64,000 bases of DNA, from NCBI GenBank assembly GCA_963727315.1, contig CAVSFE010000002.1, forward strand, positions 471,723 through 535,722. Reading direction: 5' to 3'. Numbering within the stretch: the first letter of the stretch is position 1; the number at the start of each line of letters is the position of its first letter. Below, piece after piece: positions 32,628 to 42,684 of the stretch. The position numbers and the translations under genes were made by a program. The notes beneath the pieces were generated by a model. That model worked only from the letters and a program-made list of their open reading frames with translations, was not told the DNA's origin and searched no databases. Source of the stretch: an uncultured Chloroflexia bacterium (GTDB lineage Bacteria > Chloroflexota > Dehalococcoidia > Dehalococcoidales > RBG-16-60-22).

Positions 32628-33423
32628 TTACTTCGTAACGTTCTCTTTTTTATGCGAACCTGAATACTCGCCCTGCGGTCCGGCGGAAAAAACGACGGTG
32701 GGATATTTAATATCATGGAACTCCCACGGGCAGTGCTTTAAACCGGCCGGGATACAGACATAAGAGCTCTTGGTGGTGGTGTGGTATTCACCGTCGAGGT
32801 AAATGGCCATCTCACCCTCGTATTTCACGCGGTTTATCCGGGTTAGCGCCGACCATCGCCAGAAGTTCCGGCCATTCATGATCATGTTCCGGCGCCGGAG
32901 CGTTGCCCGTGCCGCTGTAGATTCTAACGACATCCACATAGAAGGAGCCGGGAATCATATCATCTTCGATATGCAGGATGCGGGCGCCTTTGGTGGTGAT
33001 GGGGCCCGGTGGACGCGGCGCTTCTTTAAAGTCGCCGCCTACGGAGAACCTCTCCTTGGTATGGTCCATCAACGAATACCGCTTTTTTGCCGAGGGTTTG
33101 GCGGGTTGGGAAGCGGGTTTGCGTGAATATTGCCCGGTCATGGCAATAACCAGGAAAAGTACCGGTTTGTTAATCTTGTTAAACATAATCGGGCCATGGA
33201 TGACGCCCGCGGGGATGAAGATGAGGTGATTCCTGGTGAAAACTTCTTGATGGCCATCCAGCCACATAGTAATCTCACCGTCAAGGTCCTGGTCAGCCCC
33301 CGGATACCCGCCGATAAAGCCGATAACCTGGGAATAATCATGGGTATGCGGTTCGCTGACGGGTTCTTTCGCCGCGCCGCTCCATAGCCAGGTAGTATCG
33401 ACATAGAAATAGCCTTTCATCAA
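32628..33423 (-). pseudogene. bicupin-like protein of unknown function, frameshifted as assembled
   Basis: Two halves each carry EPHTHD/EHDHEWPE and IPAG..H.P motifs. Frames join near 32823-32825 (A-run). Confidence 0.6.
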
Positions 33424-33545
33424 AGTTTATCGGTCGCCGTGATAAGGTGAGTGGCTTTCACGCCCGGCACCGGGTCTTTGGCCGTGCCGACCTTTCCTTT
33501 CAGCTCATCGGGGTAAGCACCCGGCTTATTGACGAGACATTTTCC

Positions 33546-34575
33546 CTATTTTTTTGCAGCCATTTTCTCCTGCCTTTCTATTTTTTCACTCTTCGCCAGT
33601 TTCTTTTTCTTGGCGATGCACTCTTTGACCGAAACGGCGATATCCTCCGCGCCCAGGCCGAAGTGTATCTTAAGCTCGTCGATCGGGCGAGACTTTGCCG
33701 GACTGGCTGAACTCATCCTCAACGCCGACTTTTACCATGGGCGTGGGCAGGTTTTCCGAAAGTATCGCCGCCACGCCGTCTCCCAGCCCGCCGATAACGC
33801 TGCCGTTTTCCGCGGTGACGATGGCGCCGGTCTTTTCCGCCGCTTTGATAATCGCCTCATCGTCCAGCGGCTTGAGGGTGCACATATCCAGCAGGCCGAC
33901 ATCAAGACCGTCTTTCTCCAGTATATCCAGCGCCCTTATCGCTTCCGTCAGCATATAGCCGGTGGCGATAATGGTGGCGTCCTTGCCGTCCCTCAACGAA
34001 AAGGCTTTGCCGATATCGAAGGGCAAATCCTCGGCGAAAATCCTCATCGAGGGCGGGCTGGACTCCTGCCTTAAAAGCACCGGCCCGACGTACTGGAGCA
34101 TAGCCTCGGCGGCTTTTTCCGCCTCGACGGCGTCCGAAGGGTTCAGGATAACGAGGTTGGGCAGGACGCGCGTGCTGCCGATGCCCTCGACCGTGTTATG
34201 GGAGATGCCCGTCTCGCCCCAGGCGCCCTCGCGCCCGATGAACTTCACGTTAAAGCGGTCGACGAGGATGCTCTGCCGTATCTGGTTGTACGCCCGGCCG
34301 ATATCGGCGAAAAGGAAGCTATTGATAATGGGGATAAAGCCTTCCGCGGCCAGGCCCGCCGCCATCACCGCCCCGTTTTGCTCGGCGATGCCGCACTCCA
34401 TCATGCGGTCGGGGCAGTTTTTCTTGAACCACAGCATCCCCGGGAAACCCATGTCCTCCAGCACAGCGATGATGCGGTCGTTCTTGGTCGCCGCCGCGAT
34501 AATCGCTTTCTCCATCCCCGCCCCCGCCATGCTGGGCTTGTTTTCTATCTGAACGTATTTGTTAAACGTCGCCAT
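33546..34575 (-). pseudogene. transketolase C-terminal (pyrimidine-binding) subunit, frameshifted near its 3' end as assembled
   Basis: CGIAEQNGAVMAAGLA motif. An extra C near 33686 truncates the ORF. The corrected frame continues PIDELKIHFGLGAEDIAVSVKECIAKKKK... to the stop at 33546. Confidence 0.75.
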
Positions 34576-35464
34576 ATTTTTCCCTCCCTTCCTTGATGCC
34601 CCTCATAATGACGTCGCCGCGCCCGAGGTGGATATGCTCGCGCTCCCAGGCCGGGATGCCGTGCCCCTTGACCGTATGGGCGATAATGCACTTGGGACGG
34701 TAGTCGCCGTAGAGCTTGTCGGTCAGGTCCAGGGCTTCGACAATCTGGCGCAGGTCGTGCCCGTCGATTTCCGTGACCCACCAGCCGAACGCCTTCCACT
34801 TGTCCACCAAGGGCTCGAGGTTCATGACCTCGTTGGTGGGGCCGTCCAGCGAGAACTTATTATAGTCGACGATGGCGATGAGGTTATCGAGCTTGTACTT
34901 GGCGGCGAACATGGCGGCCTCCCAGACCATGCCCTCCTGGCATTCGCCGTCGCCGAGGATGCAGTAGGAGCGGTAGAGCGGGTCGAGGCGCACGATATAC
35001 CGCTGCAGGAACCCGCCCTGCCCGAAGTTGATATCCTTAATCGCCGACTTCAGTTTTTCGGCGTAAGCCATGCCCACGGCGAAGGACAGGCCCTGCCCCA
35101 GCGAGCCGCCGGAGTAATCGATGCCCGGCGTGCACCACCGGTCGGCGTGGCCCTGGAACGGCGAGCGGTAGCAGTAATAAGTCTTCAGCGTCTCTTTAGG
35201 ATACACCCCCAGCTCCACCAGCGCGGCGTAAATAGCTTCGCAGCAGTGGGCTTTGGAGAGGACGACCCTGTCCCTCTCCGGCCAGTCGCAGTTCTTGGGG
35301 TCGAACTTGATGTGATGGAAATAGAGGGCGGTGATAAGCTCGATGATGGACATCGTGCCGCCGCCGTGCCCCATCTGCGTCGACTCGAAGATATCGAAGC
35401 AGTTCCGGCGTAAAATGTCGGCCTTTTTCTCAAGGTCCTTGATTAATTTATCATCATGCGCCAT
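34562..35464 (-). CDS. transketolase N-terminal (TPP-binding) subunit
   Basis: 300 aa with GHGGGTMSIIELITALYF and the GDGECQEG TPP motif. Confidence 0.88.
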   Translation of the reverse strand: MAHDDKLIKDLEKKADILRRNCFDIFESTQMGHGGGTMSIIELITALYFHHIKFDPKNCDWPERDRVVLSKAHCCEAIYAALVELGVYPKETLKTYYCYRSPFQGHADRWCTPGIDYSGGSLGQGLSFAVGMAYAEKLKSAIKDINFGQGGFLQRYIVRLDPLYRSYCILGDGECQEGMVWEAAMFAAKYKLDNLIAIVDYNKFSLDGPTNEVMNLEPLVDKWKAFGWWVTEIDGHDLRQIVEALDLTDKLYGDYRPKCIIAHTVKGHGIPAWEREHIHLGRGDVIMRGIKEGREKYGDV

Positions 35465-35657
35465 ATTTTTTCCGCCCTTCTGTTTTAATATTGACCGTTT
35501 TCAGCGTAAGTTTGGCGCCGCAGCGCGGGCAGGCGTCGTGATAATAGCCCAGCACCGTCTTCTCCGACGGTATCGCCCGCATGTAGAGCCGGCGCTTGAT
35601 TTCCTCGCCGAAGTACAGCAGCATGCCGCACTGGCCGCAATTGATTTTTTCCGTCAT
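35454..35657 (-). CDS. small zinc-ribbon protein
   Basis: CGQCG...CPRCG pair. ATG 35657 with a GAGG RBS (TTG 35678 is an alternative). The 3' end overlaps the transketolase start by 11 nt. Confidence 0.5.
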   Translation of the reverse strand: MTEKINCGQCGMLLYFGEEIKRRLYMRAIPSEKTVLGYYHDACPRCGAKLTLKTVNIKTEGRKKYGA

Positions 35658-35683
35658 GTTTACCTCGCTTTCTTTCAAATAAT

Positions 35684-36701
35684 CTACGGCTTGATCAATA
35701 TTTTTATCGATTTGCCGGCTTTATGCAGTTCGAAAGCTTTTTTGATGTCCTTGAGAGGGACGATATCCGTGATGAGAGACTTAAGTTCAAGTTTGGGGAG
35801 CATGGCCAGCGCCCGCGGGAAAGAATAAGGGGAAACGAAGGTAGAGGTAATGGTGAGCTCTTTGGCGTACATCAGGAACGGAGGCACGCCGATTTCCACG
35901 TCCTTGCCGTAGACGGCCGCCCAGAGGATGGTGCCCTTATTATCCGCCAGGAAGATACACTGCTTGGCGGCTTTCACGTTGCCGCTGGCGTCGATAACGA
36001 CATCAAAGCCGCGGCCGTCCGTGAGCTTTTTGCCGACTTCAATGATGTCCTCTTTAAAGGGGTCGACGACGACGTCCGCGCCCAGCTTTTTGGCCAGCGC
36101 GCGTTTTTCGGCGATGGGCTCGGAGAGGAGCGTGCGCGCGGCACCGGCTTGAATCGCCATCTCCAGGCAGAGCAGGCCGATAGGCCCGCCGCCGCAGACG
36201 GCGACGCTGCTGCCGGTGCGCACCCTGGCCTGGTCGATAGCGTGGACGGCGACGGACACCGGCTCCAACAGCGAGCCGACCTCCAGGCGAGATATCGTCC
36301 TGAAGCGGATAGATGGCGCTTTCCGGGTAGACGGCATATTCCGCGAAAGAACCCGAAGCGCCCTCGGCAGAACGGCAGAAGTGCTCCATACCGTTACGGC
36401 AGTAGTAGCAGGCACCGCAGGCGCTGCGAAAGTTCATCGCCACCCGCTGCCCCACCTTATAATTGCCCTTGACGTTTTTGCCGATTTCGGCGATGGTGCC
36501 CGAGGCCTCGTGGCCAAGGATACGGGGCTGTTTATAAGCTTCCGGGGGCACCAGACCGAACCTGCCCTCCAGGTTCTCGGGGTCGGTGCCGCAGAGTCCG
36601 CAATAGGCTATCTTCACTTTAACCTGGTCGGGGCCGGTGACGGGGTCGGGGTAATCCTCCATGGCAATGTTGCCGATGCCGCGCATCACGGCTGCTTTCA
36701 T
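35684..36701 (-). pseudogene. zinc-dependent alcohol/threonine-type dehydrogenase (MDR family), frameshifted as assembled
   Basis: CGLCGTD, GHEASG and CGACYYC are in the N-terminal frame. VCGGGPIGLL is in the C-terminal frame. There is an extra C near 36286. Confidence 0.8.
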
Positions 36702-36738
36702 GATGAACCTCCTGCCAAGTAATCTAAAATACTACTTC

Positions 36739-37193
36739 TTAGTCGTTTCCCCTCTCCCGTATCTCGATGGCAACTCCGCCGGTAGGAGTGGGGTCGGTAT
36801 AGATAAAACCCAGGCCCGCCCGGCCCTTGGTCCAGATACCGATGCCCTTCTTTTTAAAACTGGCTATCTCCGCGTCGAGGTCGTCGGTGAGGAAGCCGAT
36901 GTGGTGCAGGCCCTCGCCGGTCTTGTCCAGCGACTCCTTCAACGCCTGGTTGCCTTTGGTCGGCTCGAGCAGTTCCAGTTCTACGCCGCCCAGGTCGCCG
37001 TTGCTGATAGTGGTCGTCCAGGCGGCTGGTTTACCGTGTAGCTCTCCCTTGAAAGATATCGCCAGGGTCGGCTGTCCCCCGGCCCCGCAAAGGGCCCGAT
37101 ACCCAGTGACTCGAAATAGGCAATCGCTTTATTAATATCTTTGACCACCACGCCGACGTGATGCAGTTTGGCGAAGGATGATTTTTTAGGCAT
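36739..37193 (-). pseudogene. VOC (glyoxalase/methylmalonyl-CoA-epimerase-like) family protein, frameshifted as assembled
   Basis: LHHVGVVVKDI and GLHHIGF half-motifs. Frames join if the run at 37076-37080 has one more base. Confidence 0.7.
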
Positions 37194-37338
37194 CGTATTG
37201 CCTCCTTAAGATAATTTTCTAAAGAAAAATACGTCGCTAACTGGCGTCACCACAAGTTTATCCATCCGCGGCTTGCATGTCAAACCGAAAGAGAGGGGGC
37301 TGACGCCCCCCTCCTGGACTCCCTTTTCCCCCGGCTTC

Positions 37339-38418
37339 TTAAGTGGAAGAGCGGGGCGGCGGCGGGGATACCGTGGCATCTTCAACGAACTTGAACATGC
37401 GGGTCAGGCCGCCCGGGTTGGGCAGTTTGAAAAGTCGCACCGCGTTGCCGCCCAGCATGAGATTCATGTCGTCCTGATTGATGTCCAGTCGCTGTATCTG
37501 CTTTAAGCTCCATCCCCAGATATCCACCTGGTGACGGGGGATGCCCTGCTTCAGGTCCTGGCGGGTGTAGCCCGGGGGGTAGCGGTTGAGCTGGGAATAG
37601 ACGGGCAGACTGGCGCCCCAGTCCGTGCCCCAGACAAGCTTTTCCGCCCCAACGGACGGGTCGTTCAAAGCCTTGTAGTAAAGCTCGGCCCACCAGCGGC
37701 CGGTCTCCAGGTAGATGTTCTTATGGCTGGCGGCCACGTGCAGGCAGCACTCGTAGAACCACTCCCACCAGCCCCCCTCGATGCCGGCATGCTCTAAGAT
37801 TATGGGCACGTCTGGCATAGCCACAGCGAGGGTATGCACCCAGAGCGGGTTATAGGTGAACTGCGCGCCGTGATAGGCGATGGCATAGCCGCCGGGCGTG
37901 CCGGTATGATAGCGCATGGGCACTTTAAAGTCGCGGCAGACCTCCATGACCTTGAGACAGTTGGTGATAATCTCCTCCTCGGTCTGGAAGCGCAGCGGCT
38001 GTCCCTTTTTAGGACGGCGCATCGGTATCAGCACCATCTCGCCGATGCCGACATATTTGCCGGTCTTCAGCAGGTCCGCCAGGGCTTTGCAAAACCCGTC
38101 AATGGTCCACTCCTCCTCGCCGGCCATGCAGAGGTCCTGGTATTCCTTGGGCCAGCAGCAGGCGGCGAACTTGTCCGGGTACTTTTTCACCTGCTCCACA
38201 TTGGTCTTGTTGGTCATGCCGAAGGCGGGCTCGATGATGCACATATCGACGCCGTAGCACTGCATGTCGTAGAGGAGCCGCGGCGAGTTGTCATAGGCCT
38301 CCATCTGGCCCATGACCTGGCCGAGCTTATCGAAGTCCTTGGAGCCCTTCAAGGCTTTCCCGGCGGCGTGCCGCTGGGAGTGAACATGGGTATCGACGAT
38401 AAATCTACCGAGTTTCAT
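37339..38418 (-). CDS. amidohydrolase-2 family metal-dependent hydrolase/decarboxylase-like protein
   Basis: 359 aa. N-terminal VDTHVHS (HxH) and TIM-barrel-like layout. Confidence 0.7.
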   Translation of the reverse strand: MKLGRFIVDTHVHSQRHAAGKALKGSKDFDKLGQVMGQMEAYDNSPRLLYDMQCYGVDMCIIEPAFGMTNKTNVEQVKKYPDKFAACCWPKEYQDLCMAGEEEWTIDGFCKALADLLKTGKYVGIGEMVLIPMRRPKKGQPLRFQTEEEIITNCLKVMEVCRDFKVPMRYHTGTPGGYAIAYHGAQFTYNPLWVHTLAVAMPDVPIILEHAGIEGGWWEWFYECCLHVAASHKNIYLETGRWWAELYYKALNDPSVGAEKLVWGTDWGASLPVYSQLNRYPPGYTRQDLKQGIPRHQVDIWGWSLKQIQRLDINQDDMNLMLGGNAVRLFKLPNPGGLTRMFKFVEDATVSPPPPRSST

Positions 38419-38443
38419 AACGCCTCCTTTATTTATTTAGTAC

Positions 38444-38541
38444 CTCACCCCCTTGGTCCCCCTCTCCTGTCCGCAGGAGAGGGGGAGGGGAAAAGAGAGG
38501 GGCTTCGCCCTTCAGGGTGAGCCTTCAGGATGAACCCCTCT
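38444..38541. repeat. REP/MITE-like element cluster (same family as 26709-26866)
   Basis: ACCTCACCCCCT leader, CCCTCTCCTGTCCGCAGGAGAGGG hairpin, and GGGGCTTCGCCCTTCAGGGTGAGCCTTCAGGATGAACCCCTCTT. Confidence 0.8.
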
Positions 38542-38550
38542 TAAACGCCT

Positions 38551-39552
38551 TTATGACAGCCCCGGCATGACGACGCCCTTGATATAGCCCGAGGTCCGCC
38601 GTAAATTGTCCTCGAAAGCCTGGCCGATATCCTCCAGCTTGTAGCGGTGCGTCACCAGCTTATTCATGGGGTAGATACCTTTCTGCAAAGCCCACATGGC
38701 GCGCCGGAGCTCGCCCTGGTGGTCCGTGGACATACCGATGCCCTGTGGACTATAGATAATCGGGGACTTTATCCAGTTGAACAGCTCATAAACGTCCGGG
38801 GACTGGTGCCAACCGACCATGACAATCTTGGCGCGGTTGTTTTTTATCACCTCGCCGACTAGCTTGACACCCGGCGGGTGACCGACAACCTCTATCGCGA
38901 CGTCGACGCCCCTGCCCCCGGTTATCTTCATGACCTCTGCCGCCACGTTTACCCAGTTGGGGTTCAACGTCTTCGTGGCACCCAGCTCCTTGGCCAGGGT
39001 CAGACGGTTATCATCAAGGTCTGCCACGATGTACTCCCTAATCTTGGGATGGGCTAAACCGGCGATAATGCCCAGGCCCATGAAACCGCACCCCACCTGG
39101 AAAACGTAGTCGCCCAGCTCGGGGGTGGCCGTCCGAGCGATGGATACCAGGCTCATCAAAGGTTCGCCCAGGGCGTGTTCGAAGGGAATCCCGTCCGGTA
39201 TCTTTTCAATAATAGAGCCGTGCCCGCGGGCGAGACGGTCGGCCGGGTCGCAGGTGACATACTCGGCATAGCAATTGCTGGCGAAAAACCCGGTGATGCG
39301 GTCGCCCGCCTTAAAGCCCTTGACGTTCCTGCCCACCTCCACCACCGTTCCCGCCGGCTCGTGGCCGGCCCGCCTCGGGAAGGGATTCCCCTTTTTCATC
39401 TCATCGCTGAGAGAGTCGACGTATGCCGGCATATCGCTGGAGCACACGCCGCAGGCCTCGATCTTCACCAACATCTCATCCTGGGTGATTGTCGGCATGG
39501 GGGCTTCACGAATCTCGAATTTCCTGGGGGAGACGATAAAAGCAACTTTCAT
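38551..39552 (-). CDS. zinc-binding alcohol dehydrogenase (MDR family)
   Basis: 333 aa with CGVCSSD, GHEPAG and GCGFMGLG Rossmann motifs. Confidence 0.85.
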   Translation of the reverse strand: MKVAFIVSPRKFEIREAPMPTITQDEMLVKIEACGVCSSDMPAYVDSLSDEMKKGNPFPRRAGHEPAGTVVEVGRNVKGFKAGDRITGFFASNCYAEYVTCDPADRLARGHGSIIEKIPDGIPFEHALGEPLMSLVSIARTATPELGDYVFQVGCGFMGLGIIAGLAHPKIREYIVADLDDNRLTLAKELGATKTLNPNWVNVAAEVMKITGGRGVDVAIEVVGHPPGVKLVGEVIKNNRAKIVMVGWHQSPDVYELFNWIKSPIIYSPQGIGMSTDHQGELRRAMWALQKGIYPMNKLVTHRYKLEDIGQAFEDNLRRTSGYIKGVVMPGLS

Positions 39553-39736
39553 AACCGGTACCTCCTTTATCGAATTATATCAACACATGATGACGATGCA
39601 CCTTTACCCCCTAAGCTTGGCACAATTTCATTGAGATTTCAACGTCCCCGTCACTGAAAAAAGTACCGAATATTATGATTACTTTACTCTCGATGATTAA
39701 AGGTAGTATCATTGCCAGAAGGAGCTAAGTTACGAA

Positions 39737-40711
39737 ATGAATATTCTGGTTATCGGGGGGAGCGGTCTGCTGGGGCGAAAGACGGTGCTCCACCTCGTGC
39801 GTGACCGAGAAATATCGAAGGTGGTCTGCATGGACGTTGTGCCACCGAAGGAATGGATAATAAAGTCCATGGGCGACAACGTCGTTAAGTTTCAATTCCT
39901 GCGCGGGGACGTCTCACAGCTGGAGGACATCTTAAACGCGATAAAACTATATTCCATAGACAGAATCGTCAATCTGGCCTTCCTGCTGCCCGGCGCCGTC
40001 GAAGCCAACCCGCGCCTCAGCGTCAAGGTCAACGAGCTGGGCATGTGCAACGCCTTCGAGGCCGCCAGGCTCATGGGTATAAACCGTGTGGTCTATATCA
40101 GTTCGGAGGGGGTCTACGGGCCTCAGGATGAATACGGCGACCGGCCCGTCACCGAGGACGACCCGATACACCCGCAGAGCGCCTACGCCATCGCCAAGCA
40201 GCTCGCGGAGATGCTGGCGGCCCGGTACGCCGAACTTTACAGTCTGAGCTTTACCGCCCTGCGGCCGCCCGTCATCTGGGGACACGGCGGCCTGGCGCCC
40301 AACGTCATAAAATGGTTCTCGGACATCGTGTCACTGCCGGCCGTGGGCCAACCCTTCTCCGTAGACAACGACGGCACCGGCCGGCATTCCCTGGCCCCCG
40401 CCGACGACTGCGCCGCTTTCATTAATATACTTATAAAAGTCCCATCGTCGCCCCATCCGGTATATAACATCGGCGGGCCTCCGACCAGCCTGCGGGATGT
40501 CGCCGCGGCGGTACGCCGACAAATTCCCGGCGCGGTCATCGAGTTCGGCGACCGGGCAGAGTCGGTCGATTCAGCCAAAGGCGGACTGCCCTGGAAGCTC
40601 AGCATGGCCAGGGCGAGAGAGGACTACGGCTTCGCCTGCATGCCGCTGGACGCGGCAGTGCGGCTCCACATCAACGACGCCAGGCTGGAGGCCGGACTAA
40701 AACCGATTTAG
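39737..40711 (+). CDS. NAD-dependent epimerase/dehydratase family protein
   Basis: 324 aa with LVIGGSGLLGRK and YAIAK (YxxxK). Intact paralog of 31066-32039. Confidence 0.85.
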   Translation: MNILVIGGSGLLGRKTVLHLVRDREISKVVCMDVVPPKEWIIKSMGDNVVKFQFLRGDVSQLEDILNAIKLYSIDRIVNLAFLLPGAVEANPRLSVKVNELGMCNAFEAARLMGINRVVYISSEGVYGPQDEYGDRPVTEDDPIHPQSAYAIAKQLAEMLAARYAELYSLSFTALRPPVIWGHGGLAPNVIKWFSDIVSLPAVGQPFSVDNDGTGRHSLAPADDCAAFINILIKVPSSPHPVYNIGGPPTSLRDVAAAVRRQIPGAVIEFGDRAESVDSAKGGLPWKLSMARAREDYGFACMPLDAAVRLHINDARLEAGLKPI

Positions 40712-40740
40712 ACGATAATAAAACAGGAAGGACTGATAGC

Positions 40741-41727
40741 GTGAAAATCAGCAAAGAAGAGCTCCTCCGACTGTACCGGATAATGCTGACCATCCGGCGC
40801 TTCGAGGAAAGGGTCGTCATCGACTACCACAGCGGGGCCATCCCGGGGATAGTGCACTCGTACATCGGCCAGGAGGCGGTCGCCACCGGCGTCTGCACCA
40901 ACCTGCGGCGGGACGACCGCATCATCAGCAATCACCGCGGCCACGGGCACTGTATCGCCAAGGGCGCCGACCTCAACCGGATGATGGCGGAGATATACGG
41001 TCGCAAGACCGGCTACTGCAAAGGTAAAGGCGGCTCAATGCATATCGCCGACTTCGCCATCGGGATGCTGGGCGCCAACGGGATAGTCGCCGGGGGCCTG
41101 CCCATCTCGGCGGGCGCGGCCATCGCGGCCCAGCTCGAGGGGGGCGACAAAGCGGTGGTGGTTTTTTTCGGGGACGGCGCCACCAACGAGGGCGAGTTCC
41201 ACGAAGTGCTGAACCTGGCTTCGATATGGAAGCTGCCCCTTATCTTCGCCTGCGAAAATAACGGCTACGGCGTCAACACCCCGGTCAAGGTCGCCACGGG
41301 GTTACGGCACATCTCGAAGAGGGCCACCGGCGGGTACGGCATCCCAAGCGCAGTTATTGACGGAAACAACGTCCTGGCGGTATACGAGATAACGCAAAGG
41401 GCGCTGGCGCGGGTCAGGGCCAGAAAGGGGCCTGTTTTTCTGGAGTTCATCACCTACCGGTGGCGGGGCCACTACGAACAGCCCGGCCTGCCGGACCTCC
41501 GACCAGTCGAAGAGCTCGAAGCCTGGAAACAAAAATGCCCCGTGAGCTGCTTCGAGCGGATATTGCTCAAAAACGGCGTCGCCACGAGACAAATGCTCGA
41601 GGAAATCAATACCCAGGTCATGGCGCAGATACAGGCGGCGGTAGACTACGCGCTGGCAAGTCCATTACCCGCCCCCGAAGATGCGCTCGAAGACGTTTTT
41701 TCCTCCCAGCGAAACGCGAGGTCTTAA
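40741..41727 (+). CDS. TPP-dependent 2-oxoacid/acetoin dehydrogenase E1 alpha subunit
   Basis: 328 aa with the GDGATNEGEFHE TPP motif and YRWRGH. Confidence 0.88.
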   Translation: MKISKEELLRLYRIMLTIRRFEERVVIDYHSGAIPGIVHSYIGQEAVATGVCTNLRRDDRIISNHRGHGHCIAKGADLNRMMAEIYGRKTGYCKGKGGSMHIADFAIGMLGANGIVAGGLPISAGAAIAAQLEGGDKAVVVFFGDGATNEGEFHEVLNLASIWKLPLIFACENNGYGVNTPVKVATGLRHISKRATGGYGIPSAVIDGNNVLAVYEITQRALARVRARKGPVFLEFITYRWRGHYEQPGLPDLRPVEELEAWKQKCPVSCFERILLKNGVATRQMLEEINTQVMAQIQAAVDYALASPLPAPEDALEDVFSSQRNARS

Positions 41728-41730
41728 GAT

Positions 41731-42684
41731 ATGAGAAAGATAACCTATGACCAGGCCGCCGCGGAAGCCCTACTGGAAGAGTTCCGCCGCGACCCCAAGA
41801 CCGTCCACCTCTCCACGGATATCCCGCCCGACCTCCGCCAAGAGTTCGGCGAGGAAAGGATAAGGCAGACCCCGATTTCCGAGGCGTCTTTCGTGGGGGC
41901 GGCCATCGGACTGGCCGGCTCGGGTTTCCGGCCGGTCGTCAACGTCCGGATGGCCACCTTCGGCTTCGTCGCGATGGACCAGTTCGTCAACCAGGCGGCC
42001 AAGATAACCTATATGTTCGGCGGGCAGGCCAGGTTCCCCATCGTCTACCGCATGACGGTCGGCGCCAGCAAGTCGTTCGCCGCCCAGCACTCGATAAGCC
42101 CCTACTCGATGTACATGAACGTACCCGGACTGAAAATTATCCTCCCCGCCACACCCTACGACATCAAGGGGCTGCTCAAGACGGCCATCCGGGACGACAA
42201 CCCGGTCATCTGCTTCGAGCACATGGCGCTGGGCGCGATGGAAGGCGAAGTTCCTGAAGAGGAATATCTACTGCCCTTCGGCCAGGCGGTCATCCGGCGG
42301 GAAGGGACGGACGTCACCGTGGTCGCCCTGGCCAAGATGGTGCACGACGCCCTGGCCGTGGCGGAAGAACTGGAGAAAGAGGGGATATCGGCGGAGGTAA
42401 TCGACCCGCGCACTTTAAACCCCCTCGACAAGGAGACCATCAAGGCCTCGGTAGCGAAAACGGGCCGACTGGTGGTGGTGGACGAGGCGTGCATCACCGG
42501 CAGCGCGGCCGCCGAATTCACCGCTTTCGTGGTCGAAGACGCGCCAACCTTCAAGCGTCTGAAGTCCTCTCCGAAGCGGGTGTGCGGCCTGGACGTGCCC
42601 ATCCCGTACAGTCCGCCCATGGAAAGGTACGCCCTGCCCGACCGCGAGAAAATTAAAGCGGCGATAAAAGAAGTGATGGCCTAG
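41731..42684 (+). CDS. 2-oxoacid/acetoin dehydrogenase E1 beta subunit
   Basis: 317 aa with transketolase-like pyrimidine-binding and C-terminal domains. Adjacent to E1 alpha. Confidence 0.88.
   Translation: MRKITYDQAAAEALLEEFRRDPKTVHLSTDIPPDLRQEFGEERIRQTPISEASFVGAAIGLAGSGFRPVVNVRMATFGFVAMDQFVNQAAKITYMFGGQARFPIVYRMTVGASKSFAAQHSISPYSMYMNVPGLKIILPATPYDIKGLLKTAIRDDNPVICFEHMALGAMEGEVPEEEYLLPFGQAVIRREGTDVTVVALAKMVHDALAVAEELEKEGISAEVIDPRTLNPLDKETIKASVAKTGRLVVVDEACITGSAAAEFTAFVVEDAPTFKRLKSSPKRVCGLDVPIPYSPPMERYALPDREKIKAAIKEVMA

Noticed and set aside
33424-33545. Possible ~39-aa ORF (MSRQ... KPGAYPDELKGKVGTAKDPVPGVKATHLITATDKL*) between the transketolase C subunit and the bicupin
   Set aside because: It needs an additional assumed frameshift to obtain a start codon, and no family was recognised. 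The evidence is too thin to call.
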